Of a DNA stretch of 64,000 bases, positions 1 to 9,107 are shown one piece after another (the stretch's first letter is position 1; each line of letters opens with the position of its first letter). Source of the stretch: Candidatus Latescibacterota bacterium (GTDB taxonomy: Bacteria; Latescibacterota; UBA2968); the NCBI GenBank assembly GCA_965204745.1, contig OZ242010.1:2848001-2912000 (forward strand), read 5' to 3'. The notes under the pieces are model-generated. The model saw only the letters and a program-made list of their open reading frames with translations. It was not told where the DNA came from and ran no database searches. A program made the translations under genes and the position numbers.

Positions 1-1501
1 TGTACTTTGCACTCGATAACGAATTTGCGCGTCCGCGCTCCTTGGGGCCAGACGATGAGCAGATCGGTACGCAAACGGCCCAAGCCATACTCGCGCTCAA
101 TATGCCCACCGCTGTTCATGATCCTTTGCAAAATTTGCGCGTCCGCGCTCCTTGGGGCCAGACGATGAGCAGATCGGTACGCAAACGGCCCAAGCCATAC
201 TCGCGCTCAATATGCCCACCGCTGTTCATGATCCTTTGCAAAAACGCCTGTAACAGCAACTGGGGGCCGGCCTCTCGATACGCGAATCGCTTGACCCAAT
301 GCTCGGAATTTTCGCGGAAAAAGGTCTGGAACGCGACCAGCAATTTGACCACATCCAAACTGCCATCGGCGTTGACGTACCAAGTTGTTTCTTGCTCAAA
401 TTCCCCTTGGACCACCCACGTCAGTTCGCGGGGCACGACTTCGGCGTAGATCGGATTGGCGATGTGATACGGCTGATCTTGACCCACGAGCCCGAGATCC
501 TGTACATACTCCAAATCGCGATCCGTGAAGTGGCGGTCCTCATCGCCGCCGCTCAAGATCGGTTCGATAATGCGTTGCACGCGGTCTTCTTTGAGTTTGT
601 CAGCCAACTGGTCGAGATGTGTTTCGCGGCGCAAGATGAGTTGTTCTTGGGCTTCTCGGATGTCGTCCTCGGTGATCGGATCAATCCGCGCCTCTGCGGC
701 CTCGTCTCGGAAGCAGGTTTCATCCGCCAGCGCGTTGACCAGCCAGGGCTGTCCTTGCGTCTGCGTCCAGATCAATTCCAGCGCGTCAGGCGTAAATACC
801 TGCCCGGTTCCCTCGGTGTGTTGCGCGAGCAGGGCGTGTACCTCGTCCTGCGAAAAGTCGCCCAAGCGCAGGGATCGCGCCTTGATGTTAAACGCGCTCC
901 CGCCAGTGATGGTCGCATTCGCAGAACCGGAATGGATGCGGTAATCGCGCACGTCGCGCACCCCGCACAAAATCACGCTTTGCGGAAAGTGCTCAGGACG
1001 CTGGTCGTAGCCAGCGCGCAACTGCCGCAACACAGAGAGGAGCGAGTCGCCAATCAGCGAATCGATCTCGTCAATGAGCAGCACCAAGGGGGTCGGATCT
1101 ACCTCGGCCCAGCGCGTCAACGCCTCTTGCAAAGCCGCATCTGGTCCGACCTCGGCAAGGAGACCTGACCAGACCTTGCCCAAAAAGTCGTCGCCCAAGG
1201 TCATGCGTGCCCGAGACGCCAATCCAGCCAGAATAGCGCGCATCACCCGTTCCACATCTTCGCGTGCGGCCTGCCCGGCTTCAACATTGACGTACACGCA
1301 GCGGTACGCGCCTTCGGCGTTGAGCAAATCGCGCAAGGCCAGCAGGGCCGAGGTCTTGCCCGTTTGCCGAGGCGCGTGCAACACAAAGTAGCGTTTGTCC
1401 CGGATGAGGCGGCGCACCTCGTTGAGATTCAATCGCTCCAAAGGCGGAATGCAGTAGTGATCCGCAACCACCACCGGCCCGCTGGTGTTGAAGAAGCGCA
1501 T
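1..1501 (-). pseudogene. AAA-type ATPase with C-terminal PD-(D/E)xK nuclease-like domain, frameshifted by the 110-bp duplication (intact ORF part 116-1501; continues off window)
   Basis: Walker A APRQTGKTS, Walker B LLIDEID, EREY...RTDL. Removing one repeat copy continues the frame as RKFVIECKV (ExK motif). Confidence 0.8.
22..241. repeat. 110-bp perfect tandem duplication (22-131, 132-241)
   Basis: aatttgcgcgtccgcgc...atcctttgcaa occurs twice head-to-tail with period 110. Confidence 0.95.
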
Positions 1502-1602
1502 GTCGCGTTTCCTTTATTTTTTTGTCAACCGATCTCGTTATGGACAGTGCAATGTGTCAATGTCGATTTTGAAAGATAACCCAAACACGCCCCGATAACA
1601 AG

Positions 1603-1637
1603 AAAAAGACCCCGCAACTCGTTGCAGGGCCTCTTTT
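1603..1637 (-). terminator. Probable intrinsic terminator, copy 1 of a 33-bp repeat (copy 2 at 3227-3259)
   Basis: aaaaagaccccgcaactcgttgcagggcctctt imperfect hairpin flanked by A and T tracts. Confidence 0.65.
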
Positions 1638-1678
1638 ATTCCTGTTACGCGATTTCGATTATGGTGGATTCTGAGAGC

Positions 1679-2053
1679 CTAAGGGGCCGAGACATCGCCG
1701 TTTATGTAGCGAGTCCACATTTCCTTACAGATCAAGGTACTCACATACAAGCCCATTACCAACACCCCGAAATGAAAAATGTGAACGATAAAATGAAAAA
1801 TATGGACAGCCAAGGATTGATCGAAAGAAAGGATTTGCCGAGACACACAGATAAGCAAGTAAAAGACCAAGCCAATCACATTAATCCATGCCCCTAAGCA
1901 AAATATCAATAGACCCAACATCACCTTCTCTCGTGCCCGGGAGACGATAGTCGTGGTTGGTTCTCGGATGAATGCGGAAAATATCGACCCGAAGGTAACA
2001 GCGACAGCCAATATCGCGTATAGCTGTATCGGTGGCAACTCGGGCATCGGCAA
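1679..2053 (-). CDS. Small multi-pass membrane protein (about 3 TM)
   Basis: 124 aa with hydrophobic stretches; ggag RBS; 6 bp downstream of the preceding gene. Confidence 0.7.
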   Translation of the reverse strand: MPMPELPPIQLYAILAVAVTFGSIFSAFIREPTTTIVSRAREKVMLGLLIFCLGAWINVIGLVFYLLICVSRQILSFDQSLAVHIFHFIVHIFHFGVLVMGLYVSTLICKEMWTRYINGDVSAP

Positions 2054-2059
2054 CTCCTA

Positions 2060-2659
2060 TCAGGTCAGCGTTGCGGTGTTGGGTGGGCCGAACTTTCGTG
2101 CAATGTCTCGTTTGTATTTGCCGAGTACCTCATCTGTCACATGTTTGAGATCGCGCCGAACTCTGGTGCAATCGATCCATCTGATCCGGCGTTCACTAGC
2201 CCCCAATTTGTGCCGCGACAGATAGGCTTTTCTGCCGTCGTCGATGATCTTGTAGTGAACGTCGTTCGCCGCCACATTGTCGCCTGTCCGAATATCTACT
2301 TGGGAATGGCTGCCAAACGCTTGCCTGAAACGCAGGTCGTGGTCGAAGTTAAAGAAACACTGGATTTTGAAATCCGCGTTTTGATCCAACTTCCCCTGCA
2401 CGGCAACAATGACTTCGGGATTGTTATAGATCGATTCCGCCATATCGTCGCCGTCGTCATAGATGGTCATTTTCTTTTTCGCTTCATCCAACAGGTCAAT
2501 GAAATACTCGGTCGCCGCAGGGTCATCGTTGATGGCATTGGTGGCGGTGATATCGAGAATCGGCCACGCTTTGTAGAGCGTTCGGATGGCGGCAAAGACA
2601 CAAAACGCACCCCCCAAAAGTGCCAAAGTCACTGTTCCATAGATAACGAACTCCATCAT
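2060..2659 (-). CDS. N-terminally anchored protein with a PLD-like (degenerate HKD) domain
   Basis: N-terminal TM, LLDEAKKKMTIYD segment, VHYKIIDDG motif; aaggag RBS. Confidence 0.55.
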   Translation of the reverse strand: MMEFVIYGTVTLALLGGAFCVFAAIRTLYKAWPILDITATNAINDDPAATEYFIDLLDEAKKKMTIYDDGDDMAESIYNNPEVIVAVQGKLDQNADFKIQCFFNFDHDLRFRQAFGSHSQVDIRTGDNVAANDVHYKIIDDGRKAYLSRHKLGASERRIRWIDCTRVRRDLKHVTDEVLGKYKRDIARKFGPPNTATLT

Positions 2660-2671
2660 TCGATTCTCCTT

Positions 2672-3088
2672 TCAACGAACACATAAGTTGCCCAAGTCAA
2701 GAATGAGGTCACGGAGGAGGGAGTGGTACTTTGCGTCTCTAATTTCTTTCTCCGTCAGTTTCGATTTCGGGGGTTTGTTTTTATTTTCGGCTGGATGCCG
2801 CCCCGTGTTGCGAACCCATATGTCATACAAATGCCCCTCGGCCTCCTCGGCTTCGGCAATCGTCTGAGTCGGTATCCATATTGCGTATTCCGCGATGCCA
2901 TTGATCCGTTCGTTTTCCTCGTCTAACCCGAAATGGTCGGTGAGTCTATTGCGAAGGTCCTTTGCTTTGCCGACATAGATGAAGTCGCCATTCTCCGCGA
3001 ACAGCAGGTAGTATCCGGGGGAAACGGGTACTTGCGTGATATTCCTTATGGGTAAGCCGCACTTTTCAACTACAAAATTCCAATCCAT
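2672..3088 (-). CDS. GIY-YIG (UvrC N-terminal-like) nuclease
   Basis: PGYYLLFAENGDFIYVGKAKDLRNRLTDHF; EAEG helix; conserved Asn. Confidence 0.85.
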   Translation of the reverse strand: MDWNFVVEKCGLPIRNITQVPVSPGYYLLFAENGDFIYVGKAKDLRNRLTDHFGLDEENERINGIAEYAIWIPTQTIAEAEEAEGHLYDIWVRNTGRHPAENKNKPPKSKLTEKEIRDAKYHSLLRDLILDLGNLCVR

Positions 3089-3226
3089 AATTATATCCTT
3101 TCTTTGCTAAATTTGTTGCGATTAGTGTGATGGGATCAATCCCCTGTATTAAAAACATATTATGCCGGTGGAGAGGCAAAGTCAAGGCCCGAGAGCCAAA
3201 AATTTTCATTATCGCCGCAAAAAACA

Positions 3227-3259
3227 AAAAAGACCCCGCAACTCGTTGCAGGGCCTCTT
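3227..3259 (-). terminator. Probable terminator, copy 2 of the 33-bp repeat
   Basis: Identical to 1603-1635. Confidence 0.6.
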
Positions 3260-3294
3260 GAGATTATGTGCTATGTGCAGTGCAGATCACTGGA

Positions 3295-3790
3295 ATTTAT
3301 GTTTTGTGCCGTATCGCTTGATAAACATCCGCTTCTCTTCTTCGGTCGGTTTGGGGTTTCGGACTTTCGGGTTACATGTCGCCCAACCCACCTCAAAGTC
3401 ACAGAACTTCAACACTCGCAACAATTCGTCCATAAACATCACGAGTCTGTACAGTGCAACGAACCATTTTGCCTTGAAGGGCATTTTGGAGCTGAATTTT
3501 TGCAATGTTACCTTGCCGGGTCCCCAATTCTGGCGCATCGATATCAGCAATCCGAATGTGTTCATACTGATTGTAGTTATATTCATTGGATTCTCCGATA
3601 CGGGTGACTTGCATTTCAAACGTGTCACCATCAATAACACGGATAACTGGTCCTTCAATAATATCAGCCATTTCAACCTCCTTGAAAATCAGGTTACGTT
3701 TTCTATGGGATTAGATAATATCAACAAATCTGAACCTTGTCAAGGACTTTTTAGTGTTTCCTGTGGTTTTTTAGTATTACTCGCCCTGTT
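3295..3790. repeat. Copy A of an ~500-bp duplicated thermonuclease module (copy B ~5324-5880)
   Basis: Upstream region, SNase gene and downstream segment align with high identity; copy A lacks ~70 bp. Confidence 0.85.
3399..3671 (-). CDS. Short thermonuclease (SNase family), copy 1
   Basis: VIDGDTF, IRIADIDAPE and DVYGR motifs; aaggagg RBS; no signal peptide. Confidence 0.85.
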   Translation of the reverse strand: MADIIEGPVIRVIDGDTFEMQVTRIGESNEYNYNQYEHIRIADIDAPELGTRQGNIAKIQLQNALQGKMVRCTVQTRDVYGRIVASVEVL

Positions 3791-3821
3791 TCTCTTGCTT
3801 TCAACAAGTGCGATCCGTCAG

Positions 3822-4229
3822 TTACAACTCAATGACAAAATCGGGATTCGACATGTTCTTTTTGAACTCGGCGAAGTCCTTCAGTGGATTTTCTTGAATA
3901 ATCCCAAGAATACCGCCAAGTGCCACTTGAAGTTCGTTGTCGTTGCCCGAGTCTGTTGCCCGATGAAGCAGATGGTAGAACTGTTCCAGTGCCACCTTCC
4001 GCTCTGCGAACCGATGCTCGAAATAGGTGAGAATAACTTCCTTTTCGTTGTTGAGTGCAGTGACAAGCACATCTCGCTTAGACCAGATTTCTTCTCGCTT
4101 TGTCCGCTCCTCTGAGCGAATTTTGTAGTATGCTATTGCCTCGGTGATAAGAGGCAAGACGTTGACCGCACTGCCAGCCGCCCTGCTGACTTTCCCGCCA
4201 ACTTTCATTACCGTCCCTACTTTTGACAT
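3822..4229 (-). CDS. Alpha-helical hypothetical protein, partner of the glycine-zipper protein
   Basis: 135 aa; aggagg RBS; coiled-coil-like EERTKREEI...FAERK. Confidence 0.75.
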   Translation of the reverse strand: MSKVGTVMKVGGKVSRAAGSAVNVLPLITEAIAYYKIRSEERTKREEIWSKRDVLVTALNNEKEVILTYFEHRFAERKVALEQFYHLLHRATDSGNDNELQVALGGILGIIQENPLKDFAEFKKNMSNPDFVIEL

Positions 4230-4328
4230 GGTTGTGCAAACCTCCTATAAGTGATTGAAAAGGATTGTAGGCGGTCCAAATTGACTGCCCTTCCACCTAG
4301 CACAGATTGTTCTGTGCGAAGGCTCTTT

Positions 4329-5222
4329 TTACGGAATGATGTTTCCGTTCTTATCGACGATGGCGACATCCAGAAGATCGCCCAAGGTCTTTGCCGTGCG
4401 GGCGACTTGGTAAGCATCCCCTAAGTCTGCCGGGTTGCCTCGGTTGAGCAGTCGGTCAAGTGCCCGATCTACCTCGTCGGTAGATTCGTGCAACTCATCC
4501 ACTCGGCGCAATACGGTTTTGATCACTGCGATCTGCTGTTTCCTCTGCGCTTCGGCTTTATCCATCTCGGCGATCTGCTTTTCTACCTCTGTTTTGACTT
4601 TTTCAGCCTTAGAATTGGCGAAAAATCCCGCCACCAGCAAGGCTGGTCCGGCGACGAGACCGCCGAATACTACCGTGCCGAGTGCTACGCCACCACCGCC
4701 CGCAGCAAGCGAACCACCACCCAACCAAGCGAGAGTGGCACTCTTGGCCGCTGCACCGCTAAGGGTACCAATCGCTGTACCGGTTGAGGCCGTCCCGAAC
4801 ACGCTGACCGCACCATAGACGCCCGTAGCCGTTGCTACACCAGCGGCTCCACTCTTAGCGATGCCGCCGAGCACTTCAACCGCGTGTGCCGATACACCTT
4901 CCCACGCCGCCAATTTCTGAGGCGTGATCTCAAATCGTTGCTCCAAGTCGCGCTCGTGGATCTTTGCCCTTTTCAGAAAGTCCACGGCACGCCCTATTGT
5001 AACGAGAGCTCCCAATCTTCGCCGTTCCAATGCTTCAAACTTTGCTTCTGCGTTTTCCCACCAACCCTTATAGCGTCGCTCAGCAAAGCCATAATCAGTA
5101 CGGCGACGATCATAGCGTTCTTTGGCGTTTTTGATTTTGTCCTTGGCGTCTAACATACTACCGATACCACCGCCAATAGAGGCACCTATCGCAGCACCTG
5201 CAATAATGAGTGGAAGAGGCAT
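4329..5222 (-). CDS. Coiled-coil protein with a long glycine-zipper hydrophobic hairpin
   Basis: ATG at 5222 with aaggag RBS; GTASTGTAIGTLSGAAAKSATLAWLGGGSLAAGGGG motif. Confidence 0.8.
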   Translation of the reverse strand: MPLPLIIAGAAIGASIGGGIGSMLDAKDKIKNAKERYDRRRTDYGFAERRYKGWWENAEAKFEALERRRLGALVTIGRAVDFLKRAKIHERDLEQRFEITPQKLAAWEGVSAHAVEVLGGIAKSGAAGVATATGVYGAVSVFGTASTGTAIGTLSGAAAKSATLAWLGGGSLAAGGGGVALGTVVFGGLVAGPALLVAGFFANSKAEKVKTEVEKQIAEMDKAEAQRKQQIAVIKTVLRRVDELHESTDEVDRALDRLLNRGNPADLGDAYQVARTAKTLGDLLDVAIVDKNGNIIP

Positions 5223-5286
5223 AACGAATACTCCTTTCCTCAAAAAGATGAACACCTTTACGAACAAAACATATTTGCCGAGCCTT

Positions 5287-5502
5287 TTAACTATCTCTCC
5301 CTTCCGACTCGTCTTTTTCCTGGGATTTATGTTTTGCGCCGTATCGCTTGATAAACATCCACTTCTCTTCTTCGGTCGGTTTGGGGTTTCGGACTTTCGG
5401 GTTACATGTCGCCCAGCCCACCTCAAAATTGATGCGTTTTGCAAACGCTTTCTCCGCCTCTATTTCAGCGACGGTGGGGTAAAGCCTATCTCGCGGTGTC
5501 AC
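5287..5502 (-). CDS. Small hypothetical protein translationally coupled to SNase copy 2
   Basis: GTGA start/stop overlap; its 3' half is also conserved behind SNase copy 1. Confidence 0.45.
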   Translation of the reverse strand: MTPRDRLYPTVAEIEAEKAFAKRINFEVGWATCNPKVRNPKPTEEEKWMFIKRYGAKHKSQEKDESEGRDS

Positions 5503-5774
5503 AGAACTTTAACACTTGCAACAATTCGTCCATAAACGTCACGAGTCTGTACAGTGCAACGAACCATTTTGCCTTGACGGGCATTTTGGAGCCGATCTCT
5601 TGCAATTCTACCTTGCCGGGTCCCCAATTCCGGCGCATCGATATCAGCAATCCGAATGCGTTCATACTGATTGTAGTCATCATATTCATTGAATTTTCCA
5701 GTATGAGTGACTTGCATGTCAAACGTGTCACCATCAATAACATGGGTAACTGGTCCTTGAATAATATCAGCCAT
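5499..5774 (-). CDS. Short thermonuclease (SNase family), copy 2
   Basis: VIDGDTF, IRIADIDAPE and DVYGR motifs; aaggagg RBS. Confidence 0.85.
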   Translation of the reverse strand: MADIIQGPVTHVIDGDTFDMQVTHTGKFNEYDDYNQYERIRIADIDAPELGTRQGRIARDRLQNARQGKMVRCTVQTRDVYGRIVASVKVL

Positions 5775-5884
5775 TTCGACCTCCTTGAAAGTCAGGTTAC
5801 GTTTTCTGCCAAAAAAATCAGAACCACGTCAAGGTCTTTTTAGTGTTTCCTGTGGTTTTTTTACTATTACTCGCTCTGTGCCGT

Positions 5885-6643
5885 TTAGAACTCTACGTTG
5901 ATGGTGAGCGTGAACTCCGTTTGTTCGCGCACATGACGATCATAGCCTGCTTCCAGCGATAGAAAGGTGGGGATATCAAGCCTGACCAGAACATTAAGGT
6001 TGCGTTGTACTTCACTGGTCATGTTTAACCGGAGGTTTCGGCTTATGAGTTGGTTATTCGAGTTTTTGCACATTTCGAGAAGTGATCTCATATTGGCGTC
6101 GCCCAATAATCCTTTTTGCTTTAGGAGTTCCTTAGCCGCCTGCACATTTGGAGAGCCGCCCTTGAATTCGTCCGTCAGGTTTAGTTGGTTGCTAAACGAA
6201 GTCAACTCTTCATTTTCTTTTTTTCCTTCTACGCCCCTCCCGAGTACGTTGCCTTCAACAGAAACGGTTTCTTTACCCTTGGCGTTTTTATGCTCAACCT
6301 GTTCTACTGTGACCTTGCTGGCACCTAACAGGCCGCATAACGTGGAAAAGTGCAGGTGTTTCTCCAGTGCGAAACGCTCCACCGCCTGTTTTGAGTCTTC
6401 GTACACATCTTTATCAAATGGGCTTTGAATCAGTACAGCTCCTGACCGGGCAAGCCCACTGTCAAATAGACCTTGTACGACTGAGTTGGACTGCTTCGAA
6501 GAAGAAGGAAGTATATAGACTTCTTCGTTGAGCAAGAGTTCAGCACCGCCATCCCGATACTCTAAAGCATCAATCTCAGGCTGGTTGAGCACAAATACAG
6601 TTTTGCGACGATGGGGTTCATTCGGCCATGTACTATCGGTCAT
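5885..6643 (-). CDS. Hypothetical protein with long amphipathic beta-strand-like segments
   Basis: 252 aa; aaaggag RBS; no recognised family. Confidence 0.75.
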   Translation of the reverse strand: MTDSTWPNEPHRRKTVFVLNQPEIDALEYRDGGAELLLNEEVYILPSSSKQSNSVVQGLFDSGLARSGAVLIQSPFDKDVYEDSKQAVERFALEKHLHFSTLCGLLGASKVTVEQVEHKNAKGKETVSVEGNVLGRGVEGKKENEELTSFSNQLNLTDEFKGGSPNVQAAKELLKQKGLLGDANMRSLLEMCKNSNNQLISRNLRLNMTSEVQRNLNVLVRLDIPTFLSLEAGYDRHVREQTEFTLTINVEF

Positions 6644-6718
6644 TGTGTCTCCTTTGAGTAATTTGGCGAGTTGGTTCTGGGCGAGGTTCTGAATGAGAAC
6701 GCCTCGTCTTGCGTTCTT

Positions 6719-7228
6719 TCATTTTCGGAAAACGATTTCGTATATTATCCATAACACTGCCAAAAAGATTGACACGCCCACCGCTCCTCGTACTATCTTC
6801 CGGCGTCTTCTGATTTTTTTTTTTACTTCTAAGATAGCCACAACACCGTGACGAGCCACCTTTTGGCTGTCATCTGAAATCGTTCTGCCAATACGCTCGG
6901 CAAAACCCACCATAGCTTTGACGACATCATCAGGCCACGATTCCGATGGCTCAGCAGATACATGACCATAGCAAAGGATCGGCGCAATTCTGCCGGCGTT
7001 ATCCAACTGATCAGAGGGCGTCTGCAAGAGGAATTTATCGCCATACAAAAACGCAGTATGCGAACCTTCCGAGAAGCTCCTGGCGCCGTTTGAAGAAACT
7101 TCTGATATTTTTTGCGCTAAATCTTGGCGTTCAGTCACGTTCTCTTCTGCAAGAAAGTGCCCGTTGACCTCCATAGGGTCGGTGGTCTGATTGTCCAGAC
7201 TTTGAGCGCGAAAAGATAGATTGTCCAT
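6719..7228 (-). CDS. Tail-anchored hypothetical protein coupled to the GTPase
   Basis: TAATG overlap with the GTPase; basic KKKIRRRRK stretch then a C-terminal TM; DNAGR motif. Confidence 0.75.
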   Translation of the reverse strand: MDNLSFRAQSLDNQTTDPMEVNGHFLAEENVTERQDLAQKISEVSSNGARSFSEGSHTAFLYGDKFLLQTPSDQLDNAGRIAPILCYGHVSAEPSESWPDDVVKAMVGFAERIGRTISDDSQKVARHGVVAILEVKKKIRRRRKIVRGAVGVSIFLAVLWIIYEIVFRK

Positions 7229-7899
7229 TATTCTTGTATCTCACTAAATATCTGAAATACCAATTTTTCTGTGTCCCTTTTCCACTTCAAGCTACCCAAT
7301 ACGACCCTTACCTTATTTTTTCCTCCACCGAGTTGCACAATTTTTTGAATGATAGGCATTTTATATACCCGATCTTTATAGTCTCCAATTTGATCTTCTG
7401 GCAATTTAGTTAAGTCAGGCTTAGTAAGGTCGCAGTGCGTTCCAATAATGAAGAAAGGGTCATCTTTGGGGTTATCCTGCAACCACCCTCCAATTTGCCA
7501 CATATCAGCCTCAACCCGAACTTCGGTCCTTTTATCGCCTTTCATCAACTTATCTATACGCAAGAGATACAGTACGATATCCGCGTCGGCTGTAATAGAT
7601 TTCCATACAGCATAGTCATCTTTGCTTCCAGGCACATCGTTCGATGCCTTAATCTTTAGAGACAAATCTTTGAGCTTAAAACGGCGAGCGGCGGTTTTTT
7701 CTTTTGCGATTGTCTGCTCATACTTTTCCGGTATAGTGCCTTCGGTCAAGAAGTTAATCAACACGGTTTTTCCAACCCGACGCTCTCCAAGGACAGCGAG
7801 TTTCTTGCCCCCGTGGGCTATTACAATTTTGTCCCAGTTTAAGGCGACAGCACCTGTAGCAAGTGCAGCTACAGCAATAATAATGGGAATCCAAATCAT
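7228..7899 (-). CDS. Membrane-anchored small (Ras/Arf/Roc-like) GTPase
   Basis: N-terminal TM; G1 GERRVGKT, G3 DVPG, G4 THCD; ggagg RBS. Confidence 0.85.
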   Translation of the reverse strand: MIWIPIIIAVAALATGAVALNWDKIVIAHGGKKLAVLGERRVGKTVLINFLTEGTIPEKYEQTIAKEKTAARRFKLKDLSLKIKASNDVPGSKDDYAVWKSITADADIVLYLLRIDKLMKGDKRTEVRVEADMWQIGGWLQDNPKDDPFFIIGTHCDLTKPDLTKLPEDQIGDYKDRVYKMPIIQKIVQLGGGKNKVRVVLGSLKWKRDTEKLVFQIFSEIQE

Positions 7900-8021
7900 G
7901 GTAACCTCCAAAATTTAAGAATGAGAAGCCAAAATGACCACTTGCAGGTGACTCCGAATTTTTAACTCGCAGAATATATTTCAGAATTGTCCCGCGTATC
8001 CTTACCAGCAAGATTTGATAA

Positions 8022-8854
8022 TTATTCTAATATCAGGGGCGCGTCGTCATACGTTTGCTTGACGGTGCTCTCGTCATAGATGCGTTCAAGTTTTCGAACG
8101 ATAAAATGTCCCCGAGCCATATTCTGAAAGTGATCGATAAAAATCGTGTTAATTGCGGCACCGCCAATTGCCCCGATCACTGGTAGGGCTTGAGCCGCTA
8201 CCTTCTGCGATACAACAACGCCAAAGCGCGAAGCGATCTGGGAGATAAGGCGAACAAGGGCAGGCGCTCTAACTCCTTGGGCAAGAACCTGCGGATTGGC
8301 AAGAAATCGGGCGGCATCGACAACCTCATGGGTTAGCAACATCCGAACTGCAAAATAGCTTGATTTAGTAGCATCATTTTCATCAGATTGACCACCCAAA
8401 GCAAAGACCTCTAAGCAAGCCAGTCTCGCCTCCATGCCTTCAAGGTTTTCCCCCTGGCTCCTCGCTATGTCAGCGATGGAGCGAAGCATGATTGCTGTGG
8501 AAAGCGGCAGTTCGATTGCGAGTGCCTTTAGACCGAATGCGCCACCGATGCTTCCAGTTCCCATGACCATAAGTTTATGCATGGCATTGCTGGGATCTAC
8601 GATGGATGTCGTATCCAGAGTTTTTACCGCGACCTGTAATCCTTTCTCCAAAGTGTCTCTGCTGAGCTGATTGATTATATCAGCATACTCGGGCGGAAGT
8701 CTCTCAAAGCCAGCTTCGATAGGTCTTCCAATAGTCTCTCAAAGCCAGCTTCGATAGGTCTTCCAATCGCAACGGTGAGTTTTTGTGCGAGGCTGGTTGA
8801 TTCAAGCAAACGTTTGGCCTCGTGTAATTCGTCCAGATGTTCTTTGAGCAACAT
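8022..8854 (-). pseudogene. EcsC-family protein frameshifted by a 35-bp tandem duplication (8698-8732, 8733-8767)
   Basis: KVAAQALPVIGAIGGAAIN...ARGHFIVRKLER; removing one copy joins GRPIEAGFERL to PPEYADIINQLSRDTLEKG. Confidence 0.85.
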
Positions 8855-8858
8855 CGTT

Positions 8859-8897
8859 TCTCCTTTCGCGTGAGGATTGTTATTGGCACTTTTTGCT
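8859..8897 (-). promoter_or_regulatory. Promoter/RBS module, duplicated at 11793-11829
   Basis: tctcctttcgcgtgaggattgttattggcacttttgct precedes both the EcsC gene and an antitoxin gene. Confidence 0.65.
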
Positions 8898-9107
8898 GTG
8901 ACTGCCAAACTAAAGAAGGCGCACGGAAAAATCAAGTGGCTTTCTCCGCTTTTTTAGGTTGGTGAGAATCATTTGCCGCGCTTCGATTTCACCCACATAG
9001 CCACAATACCCACTGCTATCCCCCCAAAGCCAGTCTCTTGTTACGTCGTTTCTTTATTGAGCACTTGAGCGTGATTCCGAATCGTTCATAACCGTCATCT
9101 ATGGGCC

